Assembly (NCBI GenBank): GCA_027001995.1
Contig: JALTLO010000136.1
Location: forward strand, 1 to 43,504
Length of the DNA stretch: 43,504 nucleotides
Origin: Planctomycetota bacterium
GTDB lineage: Bacteria; Planctomycetota; GCA-002687715; DRQF01
Reading direction: 5' to 3'
Shown here: positions 19,417 through 28,770 of the stretch, one piece after another
Numbering within the stretch: position 1 is the first letter of the stretch
Layout of the letters: every line of letters begins with the position of its first letter
Notes under the pieces: generated by a model
The model's input: the letters and a program-made list of their open reading frames with translations, nothing else
Told to the model about the DNA's origin: nothing
The model's database searches: none
Translations under genes and position numbers: made by a program

Positions 19417-20040
19417 GTGGATACCATTGTGTCAAAACTTCCCATTTGCATTCTTCTTGGACTCATGCTGGGACTTCTTTCCTGCGGGGAGAAACCTGCA
19501 CCCAAACCGGACGACGCCAAGCTCGAGCAAACAGTCAAACCCGTTGTTCTTTTGAATCTGGCCGGAGACGAGGTTCAAGTTCCTGATTTTTCGCAATCCA
19601 ACTGTCAAGTTGTCGTCTTTTCTCGCGTCGATTGCCCAATTTCGAATCGCTATGCTGTGGAAGTGGGACGAATCGTGGCTGAGTATGGACCCCAAGGCAT
19701 TGGGTTTCACATGGTCTATGTTGATCCAGATGAGACACCAGAGTTGATCAACAAGCATCGCCAAGAGTATGGCTATGATTTCTCTGCTTTGAGAGACACG
19801 AAACATCGTTTGGTTAAGTTGACAAACGCCACCGTCACACCAGAGGTCGCGGTTTTTTGCCGTGACGGAGGCATGGTTTATCGCGGGCGGATCGACGATC
19901 AATATGTCGATTTTGGCAAACAGCGCCGCCAGCCAAATAAGAGGGATCTTCGAGATGTTCTGTCGTCCATCGTCGCCGGTACAATTCCAGCATTTTCGTC
20001 GACCAAGGCCATTGGTTGCTACATAGAAGAACTCGAATGA
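19417..20040 (+). CDS. Redoxin/AhpC-TSA thioredoxin-fold lipoprotein
   Basis: Lipobox LLSC; DCPISNRY, ATVTPEV, YRGRIDDQY and TKAIGCYI motifs. Start could be GTG 19417 or 19429. Confidence 0.85.
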   Translation: MDTIVSKLPICILLGLMLGLLSCGEKPAPKPDDAKLEQTVKPVVLLNLAGDEVQVPDFSQSNCQVVVFSRVDCPISNRYAVEVGRIVAEYGPQGIGFHMVYVDPDETPELINKHRQEYGYDFSALRDTKHRLVKLTNATVTPEVAVFCRDGGMVYRGRIDDQYVDFGKQRRQPNKRDLRDVLSSIVAGTIPAFSSTKAIGCYIEELE

Positions 20041-22274
20041 ACATGTCTCAATTGATGGCTACGATGATCGCTTTGATCTTAATGTCCTGTTTGGTCTCTT
20101 GCGGCGCTGATTCCGAAGGCGAGGCGTCCGAAAGTGTCACGGCCAAAGATCAACTCCTATTTGATTGCCCAGAGTTTTTGCCCGCTGCTGAAAGTGCTTT
20201 GCCCTCCGTGCCTTCCGGGTCGATCAATTTTGCTTCCCATGTGGCCCCGATCATCTACAAGAACTGTTCTGGATGCCATCGGCCCGGCGAATCAGCACCA
20301 TTTAGTTTCTTGAATTACAAACAAATCAAAAGGCGAGCTCGGCAAATCGTTGAAGTGACAAAGAGTCGCTTTATGCCTCCCTGGGGGCCGGTCCCAGGTT
20401 ATGCCGACTTCAAGGAGACCCGAGGTCTCAACAATCTTGAAATAGCACAGATTGCCCAATGGACCGAAGACGGATGCCCAACCGGTGATCTTTCTCAAGC
20501 ACCGAAACCTCCAGTCAAACAAAAAGGCTGGAGCTTGGGACCACCAGATTTTATCGTCAAGATGCCTGAGCCCTTTGTGGTTCCAGCAGAAGGAACGGAC
20601 GAGTTTCGCAACTTCGTCATGCCAGTTTTGGTGGATAGCCGCAAGTATGTTCGCGCCGTTGAGATCAGACCGAGGAACCTGCGGGTTGCCCATCATGGTG
20701 TCTTGAATCTTGATAATACTTCATCGTCTCGGGAGCGGGCGAAAGAGGCTAGTGGCGTGGGCTTTCCTGGGATGGATTTAGGTCTGTCCCAGGCAGCAGG
20801 CGGACAGTTTATCGGTTGGACCCCTGGGAAGAAACCCGCGATTAGCCCCAAGAAAATGGCATGGGAGCTTCAGCGTGGTTGCGACTTAGTGCTGAACATG
20901 CACATGGTGACCACGGGCAAACCTGAAAAAATCAGTTGCGAAGTTGGCCTCTATTTTACCGATGAAGCTCCGACGAAAGAGTCTGTCACAGTGCTCCTGC
21001 GGAATAACGACATTCATGTGCCAGCGGGGGTAAAGGGCATTTGGGTGGAAGATTCTTTTGAGCTTCCGGCAACTGTTCAGCTTTTACGCATCTATCCTCA
21101 CGCCCACTACATCGGCAATGAGATGCGGATCTTCGCCATCTTGCCTGGAGGCAAGAAAATTTGGCTCTTCTACGACGACGATTGGGATTTCAACTGGCAG
21201 GATCAATATGAGTATGCCAATCCTCCTCGTTTGCCGCGGGGGACACGGCTCGTTGTTCAAATGAGTTTTGACAACACGGCTGATAACCCTAGGAATCCCA
21301 ACTCACCTCCCATAGACATCAACTATGGCCCCCAATCTACCGATGAGATGGCTACTTGCTCCTTCATGGTGCTACCGGTAAGCAAGGATGGCAAGGCGGC
21401 CATCGCCCAGGCTGTGGCTTTGAAGAAGAAGGCGAGACAGCCTCATGATTGGCGTGGTCATGTCTTTCTCGGCAAAGTGCTTGTGGAAGAAGGTAAAATC
21501 GAAGAAGCAATCAAAGAGTTCGAAAGTGGATTGGCGCGTTCAGACCAACCAGAACTGCACTCGAATTTGGCGAATGCTTTGGTCTTGGCCGGTCAGGGAA
21601 AGCGGGCTCTCAGACACTATGAAATGGCAGTAGGTGCTTGGCCTAAAGATAGTCTCCTGCGCTTTAACTACGGCATTGGTTTGATCAAGGAGGGACAGAA
21701 ATCAAAGGCTGTGAAGCAATTGCAAGAGTCTTTGAAACTCGATCCCTATTTTGCTGATGCTTATGTCCTACTCGGGGAGACGTTTGTCGGTGCTGGTCGA
21801 GTGGGCGCTGGACTGGTTTGTTTTCAGAAGGCAATTCAGGCGAAGCCTAAGGAGTACAAGGGGTATCAGAAGTTGGGGATTACCCTGACTTCCTTCGGCC
21901 GTAATAAGGATGCCATTCTATCTCTGCGAGAAGCACTGAAGCACGCCCCGAATGAAGCGAAAGCCGCCTTGAAAGGAAATTTAGCTTGGGCTCTCGTAAC
22001 CAATCGAGCTTGCACCCAGGCGGAGGCTGTGGAAGGGCTGGAACTCGCCAAGGAAGTGGCCTTGTCCATGGACAATCTGCAAGTGCAAGATGTCTTAGGG
22101 GCCGCCTATGCCGCGAATCAACAATTTGATCAGGCCATTAAGAGTGTTGAGAAGGCGCTGGGAATGGCCCGAGGGCCAGGCATGGAAGGTCACCGAAAGG
22201 GCCTTCGGGCTCGCCGCGATCTTTATCGCCAGCTCAAGCCATTTCGGTTTATGGCCATCGCAATCCCCCGTTGA
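20037..22274 (+). CDS. Lipoprotein with c-type heme, copper type II (PHM/DBM-like) monooxygenase domains and C-terminal TPRs
   Basis: Lipobox LVSC; CSGCH heme site with MPPW; candidate Cu ligands VAHH, NMH, PHAH and DEM; DWDFNWQ; TPRs. ATGA overlap with the redoxin gene. Confidence 0.8.
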   Translation: MNMSQLMATMIALILMSCLVSCGADSEGEASESVTAKDQLLFDCPEFLPAAESALPSVPSGSINFASHVAPIIYKNCSGCHRPGESAPFSFLNYKQIKRRARQIVEVTKSRFMPPWGPVPGYADFKETRGLNNLEIAQIAQWTEDGCPTGDLSQAPKPPVKQKGWSLGPPDFIVKMPEPFVVPAEGTDEFRNFVMPVLVDSRKYVRAVEIRPRNLRVAHHGVLNLDNTSSSRERAKEASGVGFPGMDLGLSQAAGGQFIGWTPGKKPAISPKKMAWELQRGCDLVLNMHMVTTGKPEKISCEVGLYFTDEAPTKESVTVLLRNNDIHVPAGVKGIWVEDSFELPATVQLLRIYPHAHYIGNEMRIFAILPGGKKIWLFYDDDWDFNWQDQYEYANPPRLPRGTRLVVQMSFDNTADNPRNPNSPPIDINYGPQSTDEMATCSFMVLPVSKDGKAAIAQAVALKKKARQPHDWRGHVFLGKVLVEEGKIEEAIKEFESGLARSDQPELHSNLANALVLAGQGKRALRHYEMAVGAWPKDSLLRFNYGIGLIKEGQKSKAVKQLQESLKLDPYFADAYVLLGETFVGAGRVGAGLVCFQKAIQAKPKEYKGYQKLGITLTSFGRNKDAILSLREALKHAPNEAKAALKGNLAWALVTNRACTQAEAVEGLELAKEVALSMDNLQVQDVLGAAYAANQQFDQAIKSVEKALGMARGPGMEGHRKGLRARRDLYRQLKPFRFMAIAIPR

Positions 22275-22372
22275 ACTCCTTGGCCCCAAGGGTGGGGGCC
22301 GGTTGATATGATCATCACGAGGCTCGGCTGAGTCCTCAGGTTGAAACGGAATTCGAAGAAGAAGAAAAGCCC

Positions 22373-25129
22373 ATGCGACGTCCCCTCATTCTTTCATTCA
22401 TGGCTTTGATGGTTTTGCTGTCCTGTGGGATCTTTCTGAAGGTCTGGTCAGAAAACGACGATGCCTCCACGATCCAAGTCGCCGAAATTACTGTTGGCAA
22501 AGACCTTGGTCCCAGGCGAGCTGGTGAAGGACCGGCTGCATCCTTCGGATTGAAGGCAGAAGGGGACGCCCTGGTCTCAAAAGGGCGAGGAGGCCACGAG
22601 GCCAAGAAGAAATCTGCAGTGAAACGTCAAGGTGGCCAGGTCCGGGTTTTGGGGCGCAAAGAATTTTTGGAGCGGCTGAAGAAGCTCGGGTTCAAGAATT
22701 TCGGACGAGGCTTTGATGGGATTCATGATCAACGCGATGACTTGGCATCCCTGGTTGTCTTAGTCACAAACCAGGACAACGTCACGGTTCCAAGGGCGAA
22801 GGCCTTTCTGGACCAATCCAAGACGAATCAAAGGTTTCATATCAATGGTGGCTATTCGCCAGACGTCATTCAAGAACGGTCAGGTACGGATGGAATCGCT
22901 CAGTTCAAAAATCTGCCAGTAGCGGCCCATCTTCTCGCAGTTGAACATGAAGACTATCTCACCGGTTACTTCGGCTCGATTCCCCTCGTCGCCGGAGAGC
23001 AAACCTATGTGGAAGCCGTGCTGGAAACACCGAGTGCAACGATCTCGGGAACCGTTGTGACGAAGAATGGGACTCCCATAGAAGCGGTTTTGGTAGCCGC
23101 TAGCCACTATACGGAAGGGGGTGTTCCGTTTGCTGCCGGGTCCTTGACGGAATTTGATGGCACTTTTTCTATTGGCGTTCGAGATGGGACCCAAAGCACT
23201 GTCCTTGCTTCGAAGTTGGGCTTCAAGGACTCCCAATTGGATGGAGTTGTGGCGGGGGTTGAGAACCTGCGTATCACATTGGAGGAGACAAAGACGGTCT
23301 TCGTGAGTGGCTTCGTTACCAAGGGCAACTCCAGTGAGCCGATTCAGGATTTTTCTGTTGATAGCGATCGGGTCTTTCATCCAGAGGGAGTTTTTCGAGT
23401 TGAAAGAAACGTCAAGGATGAGCCCACGGAGCTTTTGTTCTCAGCGGAAGGGTATGAGCCACGGGTGATCACCGTTGATCTATCGAAGGATAAGGATGTC
23501 GACATCGGTCAAGTTGCTCTCTATGGCGGGCGAGAGCTCAACGGAATTGTGTTGATTGAGGAAGAGGAGGGGGGAGAGAGAATGCCTGTGCCAATGGCAT
23601 CCGTGACGGTTGTTACCGATTTTGGCACCTCCCAGACCTCGGTCACTACGGAAGACGGCCTTTTCTCATTTACCGAGTTGGCAACGGAGAAAGTACAAAT
23701 CACGGTGGTGGCACCGGGGGTCGAACCCTACTACCGAGAAGTGACCTTACTTGAAGACGAAGCGACCTATTTGGAAGTTGTTTTGCAACCCGGTGAATTC
23801 AATGTCACTGGAAAAATCATCGACGATGACACGGAAGAGCCCATTGAGGGTGCATCGGTGACAGTGTTGGAGCGCCCTGAGCTCGTGACAACCACCGATG
23901 CAAACGGTGACTATGAAATCTTTGGCATCGCCCTGGGGCAGTTCTCCTTGGTGGCAACAAAGGAAGGGTATGAGGATGAGACGTCACCTGCTCTTCTTGG
24001 CAGTGAAGAAGGGGCCGTCTGGGATGGGCGTTTGAAGCCGAAAGGGCTGCGGATTGAACTTTTGTCCGATGGGCAAGCGCTTCCTGCGGGTGTGACTGCG
24101 GTCTTGTGGAAAGAGATCGCGCCAACAGTTGCTGCAGCCCAAACTGCTCAGAGCAATCTTGCCTCTTACCGTTTTTCTGTTGTCACCGACGATGAAGGAA
24201 TTGCAGTTTTTGACGTTGTGGATGGTAGTTATTTCTTGCAGGTCCCGAGCTACCGCTTGCATCCAAGGAGAATCCAGGTCAACACGGAAGAAACTTCATC
24301 GATGACTGTTTCTGTACCGGGGCGAACTCGATTGCAGGGTCAGGTTCGCAATGCTGATGGGTCTCCTGTAGCCAACACGAGCGTTTGGCTTCATTCTGGC
24401 GACCAAGACTACTCGACCATGTTCCTCTATCATACAGATGCCCAGGGCAACTACAGCATTCCCAATCTGGCTCCGAAAGCTTACGCCCTGTCCATCATCA
24501 AGAGTGTCGCCGACCAATCGGCGCAGCATGTGCGAGAGTTTAATGTCGGTGGTTCTTCGACACAGACTTTTAACGTGGGATTTCCCACATTGACTTCGAA
24601 GATCAAAGGGCGATTGACGGACGGGAATGGACAAGGGAAACCAGGGGTCAAAATCGGCGTTGAATATCTTGATGCAAGTCATCGGTCGATCTTGGCGGGA
24701 TGGGTGACAACGGACTCACAGGGGAACTACACTGTGCCTCGATTGGAGCCCGGATCTCATCGGGTTAGGACAGCGTGGACTGAGCATATTGCTGTTTTCT
24801 CTGACCCAGTTGTTTTGGCTCCGGGTGAAACGAAGATAGTCAATCTTGTGGCACCCGCCGTTCTTGGTGCCCATATCCGTGGCACAGTGATTGCCAATGA
24901 TGGGGGCCCGATTGGTCCTAATTTTCTCTTCGTTCGGGACAACCAAGGTCGGCAAAATGGCAATTTTTTCTCGACTATGGATTGGGCCTACATGGGCACG
25001 TTTGACATCAAAGGATTGGCCCTAGGTTTACACAACATCACTGTGACTGCCATGGGAGCGAAGAAGAAACTCATCACGGCCGCCGCTGGAAGTCAGGGGC
25101 TCGAAGTGCAAATGACTAGAGAGAACTGA
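22373..25129 (+). CDS. Membrane-anchored protein with tandem carboxypeptidase-regulatory-like (transthyretin-like beta-sandwich) domains
   Basis: N-terminal TM/signal; repeated ISGTVV...G.PI..., VTGKIIDDDTEEPIEGASV...TTDANGDY and TDAQGNY..PNL modules. Confidence 0.8.
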   Translation: MRRPLILSFMALMVLLSCGIFLKVWSENDDASTIQVAEITVGKDLGPRRAGEGPAASFGLKAEGDALVSKGRGGHEAKKKSAVKRQGGQVRVLGRKEFLERLKKLGFKNFGRGFDGIHDQRDDLASLVVLVTNQDNVTVPRAKAFLDQSKTNQRFHINGGYSPDVIQERSGTDGIAQFKNLPVAAHLLAVEHEDYLTGYFGSIPLVAGEQTYVEAVLETPSATISGTVVTKNGTPIEAVLVAASHYTEGGVPFAAGSLTEFDGTFSIGVRDGTQSTVLASKLGFKDSQLDGVVAGVENLRITLEETKTVFVSGFVTKGNSSEPIQDFSVDSDRVFHPEGVFRVERNVKDEPTELLFSAEGYEPRVITVDLSKDKDVDIGQVALYGGRELNGIVLIEEEEGGERMPVPMASVTVVTDFGTSQTSVTTEDGLFSFTELATEKVQITVVAPGVEPYYREVTLLEDEATYLEVVLQPGEFNVTGKIIDDDTEEPIEGASVTVLERPELVTTTDANGDYEIFGIALGQFSLVATKEGYEDETSPALLGSEEGAVWDGRLKPKGLRIELLSDGQALPAGVTAVLWKEIAPTVAAAQTAQSNLASYRFSVVTDDEGIAVFDVVDGSYFLQVPSYRLHPRRIQVNTEETSSMTVSVPGRTRLQGQVRNADGSPVANTSVWLHSGDQDYSTMFLYHTDAQGNYSIPNLAPKAYALSIIKSVADQSAQHVREFNVGGSSTQTFNVGFPTLTSKIKGRLTDGNGQGKPGVKIGVEYLDASHRSILAGWVTTDSQGNYTVPRLEPGSHRVRTAWTEHIAVFSDPVVLAPGETKIVNLVAPAVLGAHIRGTVIANDGGPIGPNFLFVRDNQGRQNGNFFSTMDWAYMGTFDIKGLALGLHNITVTAMGAKKKLITAAAGSQGLEVQMTREN

Positions 25130-25151
25130 CCCCTCTTGTATGCCCTGGCTC

Positions 25152-26639
25152 TTATGACTCTGGGGCTTCCTCCTTGCATTGGCAATTTCCAGGCTCGCAG
25201 GTGCCAGGGAACATTGTTTTGCGCTCAGGAATGACTGTGCTGGCTGCAATGGATTCTGTCAGAGCTAAGAGTGGTGACTGAGCCCCATCAAATCGGTCGC
25301 TTGGGCTCATGCCGTTTTCCAAACCCAAGACGCCTCGTGGACAGACAGCCGCGCAGATGCCGCAGCCGACGCAGGACGCCCGAACAATATTGAGTCCCTT
25401 TTCTGCATAACCTCGAACATCTATGCCCATCTCGCAATAGGTAGAGCAATTCCCACAGGACATGCATTGGTCACCGTTGGTGGTGATCCGAAATTTCGAC
25501 CAAGTCCTTTGTAAGATTCCTAAGATTGCCGCCATGGGGCAACCGAAGCGGCACCAAACTCGGCTTCCTAGAAGGGGATAGAAACCTACGCCGATGACCC
25601 CAGAGAAGATGGCACCCACGAAGAAGCCATAGGACTTCTTGTAGCTTGCAGTCCATGACCCTAAGTCGAACCAAAGACCCACTGTGAGGACGGTGATCAA
25701 GATAAGAATGGTGTGAATCGTCCAATGCTCAATCTTCCACGATCTTTGGCCGTTGCTGGATTGTTGCCTCCATGGATCTCCAAGAGTCTCCGCCAGCCCA
25801 CCGCAGCCACAAACCCAAGAACAGTACCAGCGCTTGCCAAACCGCCAAGTCAAGATAGGAGTGAGGACGAAAGTGGCAAGCAGGCCCCAAAAAACCATGA
25901 ATGTTCCAATAGCTCCCGAACTTTTGAGCGTGTCTATGCGGTTAGGGAAGAGGTATTCATACTTCAGGGGCCAAAAGTAAGTGAAATAGAATTCCGGTTG
26001 GTGAAATGCCTTCAATAAGTTTGGCAACAAGAAGGCAAAACCGAATTGAAAGAACATCACAGACAAGGTGCGAAAACGTTGATACTTGTTGTGCCGATAT
26101 TTGAGCAGCATGCGAAAGCCGAAGACGCAAACGGCGACAGTATAGAGAAACCCGTAGAGGAACCAGCGGTTGGCATCGCCTTTGGAAAGGAGCTGGGCCA
26201 AAGGGTTGAGCATTTTCGTTGGTCGTTCAAGAAGAGGGGGCATATCCCAGCTATTTTGCAAGTCGTCGTAAAAGTAAAGGACGACGTAGAAAGCAGTGAT
26301 TGCCATGCCCAACATCCAGCCTAAGACACCACGATTTTGTATGTCACGAAACATGGTGCCGTCGTGCTTGATTCCTGGATGTGTTCCCTGGAATCTCCCC
26401 AAAAATATGAGGATCGCTCCAGCGGCAAGGAGACCGTAACTGAGAAGAATCCCTAACCACGAGCCCAAGAATATCCCGACAGTGACTTGCAGAACGATTC
26501 CCATTGAACCCAAGGCAAGCAAAGCTCTGCCCATGGCTTCCTTGGAACTCAAGGCGGGGGAGTCCACCGCAGCTTGTGGAGCAGCGAATCCGTTCTTTTC
26601 TTCGTCGAAATCGTAGTTCAGAAGTTCTGGGTCGATCAT
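25152..26639 (-). CDS. Polytopic membrane 4Fe-4S binding protein (NapH/MauN-like)
   Basis: RWYCSWVCGCG and RVWCRFGCP motifs; ferredoxin motifs CMSCGNCSTYCE and CVGCGICAAVCP; multiple TM helices. Confidence 0.88.
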   Translation of the reverse strand: MIDPELLNYDFDEEKNGFAAPQAAVDSPALSSKEAMGRALLALGSMGIVLQVTVGIFLGSWLGILLSYGLLAAGAILIFLGRFQGTHPGIKHDGTMFRDIQNRGVLGWMLGMAITAFYVVLYFYDDLQNSWDMPPLLERPTKMLNPLAQLLSKGDANRWFLYGFLYTVAVCVFGFRMLLKYRHNKYQRFRTLSVMFFQFGFAFLLPNLLKAFHQPEFYFTYFWPLKYEYLFPNRIDTLKSSGAIGTFMVFWGLLATFVLTPILTWRFGKRWYCSWVCGCGGLAETLGDPWRQQSSNGQRSWKIEHWTIHTILILITVLTVGLWFDLGSWTASYKKSYGFFVGAIFSGVIGVGFYPLLGSRVWCRFGCPMAAILGILQRTWSKFRITTNGDQCMSCGNCSTYCEMGIDVRGYAEKGLNIVRASCVGCGICAAVCPRGVLGLENGMSPSDRFDGAQSPLLALTESIAASTVIPERKTMFPGTCEPGNCQCKEEAPES

Positions 26640-27910
26640 TGGATTTGTTTCCCCAAGTAGCTGCGAATTTCATCTTCATGGCGCTGGTAGAATTCTGGAT
26701 CGAAATTGGCTTCAGCGAGATGCTCCAATACCCAGCCTGGTGTCTGCTTCTCGTTGATCCACTTTTCGCAAACCCGGTGGCGGAGCCGAATGCCCATGCT
26801 CTGAATGCCAATAGTCTCCATGGCTCTATTGTGGACGATACGCAGAATCTTGGGTTCACGGGGGTGCTGCCAGACCAAGTTGAGTTCTTGGTTCAAGTCG
26901 CGATTCACTTGTCCATAAGTGTGATACTCTAAGTCGAAAAATTTGGCTGAGTTGTACCACAAAGGTGGTTCGTATTGACGTTTCATCCCGGCGACATTGT
27001 CTCCGGCGATCTCTCCTTGCATTTTGGCCGTGTACCAAACTTGGTTGATTTGGTTTCTTTTGCCCTCAGGCATCTCAATTTCGGCGCAATCCCCAGCGGC
27101 CCAGACGTCAGGAGCGGATGTCTGGAGCGATTGGTCCACCAAAATACCTCGCTTCGTCGCGATGGACGTTTCTTTGACCATGTCGCAGTTGGGGGAGACG
27201 CCGGCTGTTAGGCCAACCAATTGACAGGTAATTTCTTCCCCCGAAGTGGTGACAATGCCGCCGACTTGTCCTTGGCCGTTGTCGATGATTTCTTTCAATT
27301 CCGTTTCGAGGCGCAGATCAATTCCTTGTTCCACGATGATCTGGTTAATGAGAGCTGATTCCTCCGGGGGTAGGATATGATTCCAGTACGATTTTTCTCT
27401 TACCAGGAAGATCACATGAATCCCTTGAGAATGGAGCATTTCCGCCATTTCAATGCCGATCAAACCTCCGCCGACGATGACGGCTGTCTTGGTCCTTGCG
27501 GCATTCTCTTGCAGCAGTTTGAGATCATAGAGCCCCCAGAGGCCTTGGACTCCTTGTAAGTCCTGGCCTGGCCATCCGAACTTGTTTGGTTTCGAACCGG
27601 TGGAGATGATCAAGCGGTCGAAGTCCATGGCGCCTCGCCGATGAAGTTTGAGTTTCTTTCCTTGGGTGTCAATGTCCACGACCCAATCTCTGAGGAGCTC
27701 GATCTTCTTGTCGCTCCAAACATGATCCTCGATGGGTTTCGTGTCTTGGTAGGGCATGTGCCCCATGTAGATGTACATGAGAGCGGGCCGTGAGTAGTGG
27801 TATTTCGATTCTCCAGAGATCATGGTGATCTGCCAATCTGGTTGATGCTGGCGAATCCGAAATGCCGCGGTGACTCCCGCAGCACCATTGCCGATGATGA
27901 CAACGTGCAT
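26636..27910 (-). CDS. NAD(P)/FAD-dependent oxidoreductase (pyridine nucleotide-disulfide family)
   Basis: IIGNGAAG FAD motif, STGS, GGGLIGIE NAD motif, WAAGDCAE; ATGA overlap with the 4Fe-4S gene; AAGGA RBS. Confidence 0.93.
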   Translation of the reverse strand: MHVVIIGNGAAGVTAAFRIRQHQPDWQITMISGESKYHYSRPALMYIYMGHMPYQDTKPIEDHVWSDKKIELLRDWVVDIDTQGKKLKLHRRGAMDFDRLIISTGSKPNKFGWPGQDLQGVQGLWGLYDLKLLQENAARTKTAVIVGGGLIGIEMAEMLHSQGIHVIFLVREKSYWNHILPPEESALINQIIVEQGIDLRLETELKEIIDNGQGQVGGIVTTSGEEITCQLVGLTAGVSPNCDMVKETSIATKRGILVDQSLQTSAPDVWAAGDCAEIEMPEGKRNQINQVWYTAKMQGEIAGDNVAGMKRQYEPPLWYNSAKFFDLEYHTYGQVNRDLNQELNLVWQHPREPKILRIVHNRAMETIGIQSMGIRLRHRVCEKWINEKQTPGWVLEHLAEANFDPEFYQRHEDEIRSYLGKQIQ

Positions 27911-27998
27911 GGTAACTTTCCTTTTGGATTATTTTGGAATGCGGCCCCATGGGGCACACACTTTCTTTTTGAGGACAGGCAACTCTAACCTGAGATGA

Positions 27999-28020
27999 GC
28001 AAGAATTATTCAATACTTGC
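27999..28020. promoter_or_regulatory. Imperfect palindrome, putative operator in a divergent promoter region
   Basis: GCAAGAATTA-TT-CAATACTTGC: 8 of 10 positions are complementary; about 90 bp upstream of the oxidoreductase start. Confidence 0.45.
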
Positions 28021-28081
28021 GTCAATCCACCCAGGGTTTTCTTGGACTCAGTCAACGGTGCCATGATAATGTAAGCCTACT

Positions 28082-28459
28082 ATGAACGACTTTAATGACT
28101 TAAACTACTGCAACTATGGGATGATCCGAAAGCTTCAAGAAAAGAGCAGGAGGAGCTCTGCGGTTCATGTTCGGGCTCGGGGTAACGCCAGGAAGCGCAT
28201 TGAAGAGCTTGAAGACCAAGTGCATTTCTTGAATCTCATGAACCGCACGGTGATCAACTTGCTTCTCCAACGGGGGATATGCAATCGCGATGAGCTGATG
28301 GCTCTGTTCGTTGGATTGGATGAAGCCGATGGGGTTGCTGATGGGGGCAGCACCTCAGATGATCTCGCCCAAGAAATTGGTTTCGAAGAATCTCCTGTGG
28401 ATCGTCCGAAACCAGCTCCCAAGTCATCTCTCTCGGCTCGGCGCCGTCGTCAGGACTGA
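28082..28459 (+). CDS. Hypothetical protein with coiled coil and DxxDGxxDG motif
   Basis: IEELEDQVHFLNLMNRTVINLL...LDEADGVADG; fills the gap between neighbours with an ATG start. Confidence 0.7.
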   Translation: MNDFNDLNYCNYGMIRKLQEKSRRSSAVHVRARGNARKRIEELEDQVHFLNLMNRTVINLLLQRGICNRDELMALFVGLDEADGVADGGSTSDDLAQEIGFEESPVDRPKPAPKSSLSARRRRQD

Positions 28460-28770
28460 CAAGGAGTCCAGTCGGGCGTTTTACCCCGAATCGTGGCCCT
28501 GCTTTGTTGTTGGCATCGCTTTTTTGGGACCAGGTGATTCTCGAATCTTTTTTTTGGGAATCATTGAGGCCAATGCGGTAGGGTAAGTGGGAAGAATACT
28601 GGCACGACCCTTCTGTAATGGTCGTTGGGCATGTCTATATTTGGCGACCAGTTAAGTATGGGCAGTCATCTGGTTCCCAAGATTAGCGATGGGAAGACAT
28701 GCATTTCAGTTTTCCAGGGGGTTCATCCGCTTTCAATCGGTTTCGTGTCATAGAGGTGAAGGGGTATTCG

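Noticed and set aside
19417..27910. Selenocysteine readthrough in the redox genes
   Set aside because: Cys motifs are encoded as Cys, the ORFs look complete, and I saw no internal TGA at catalytic positions.
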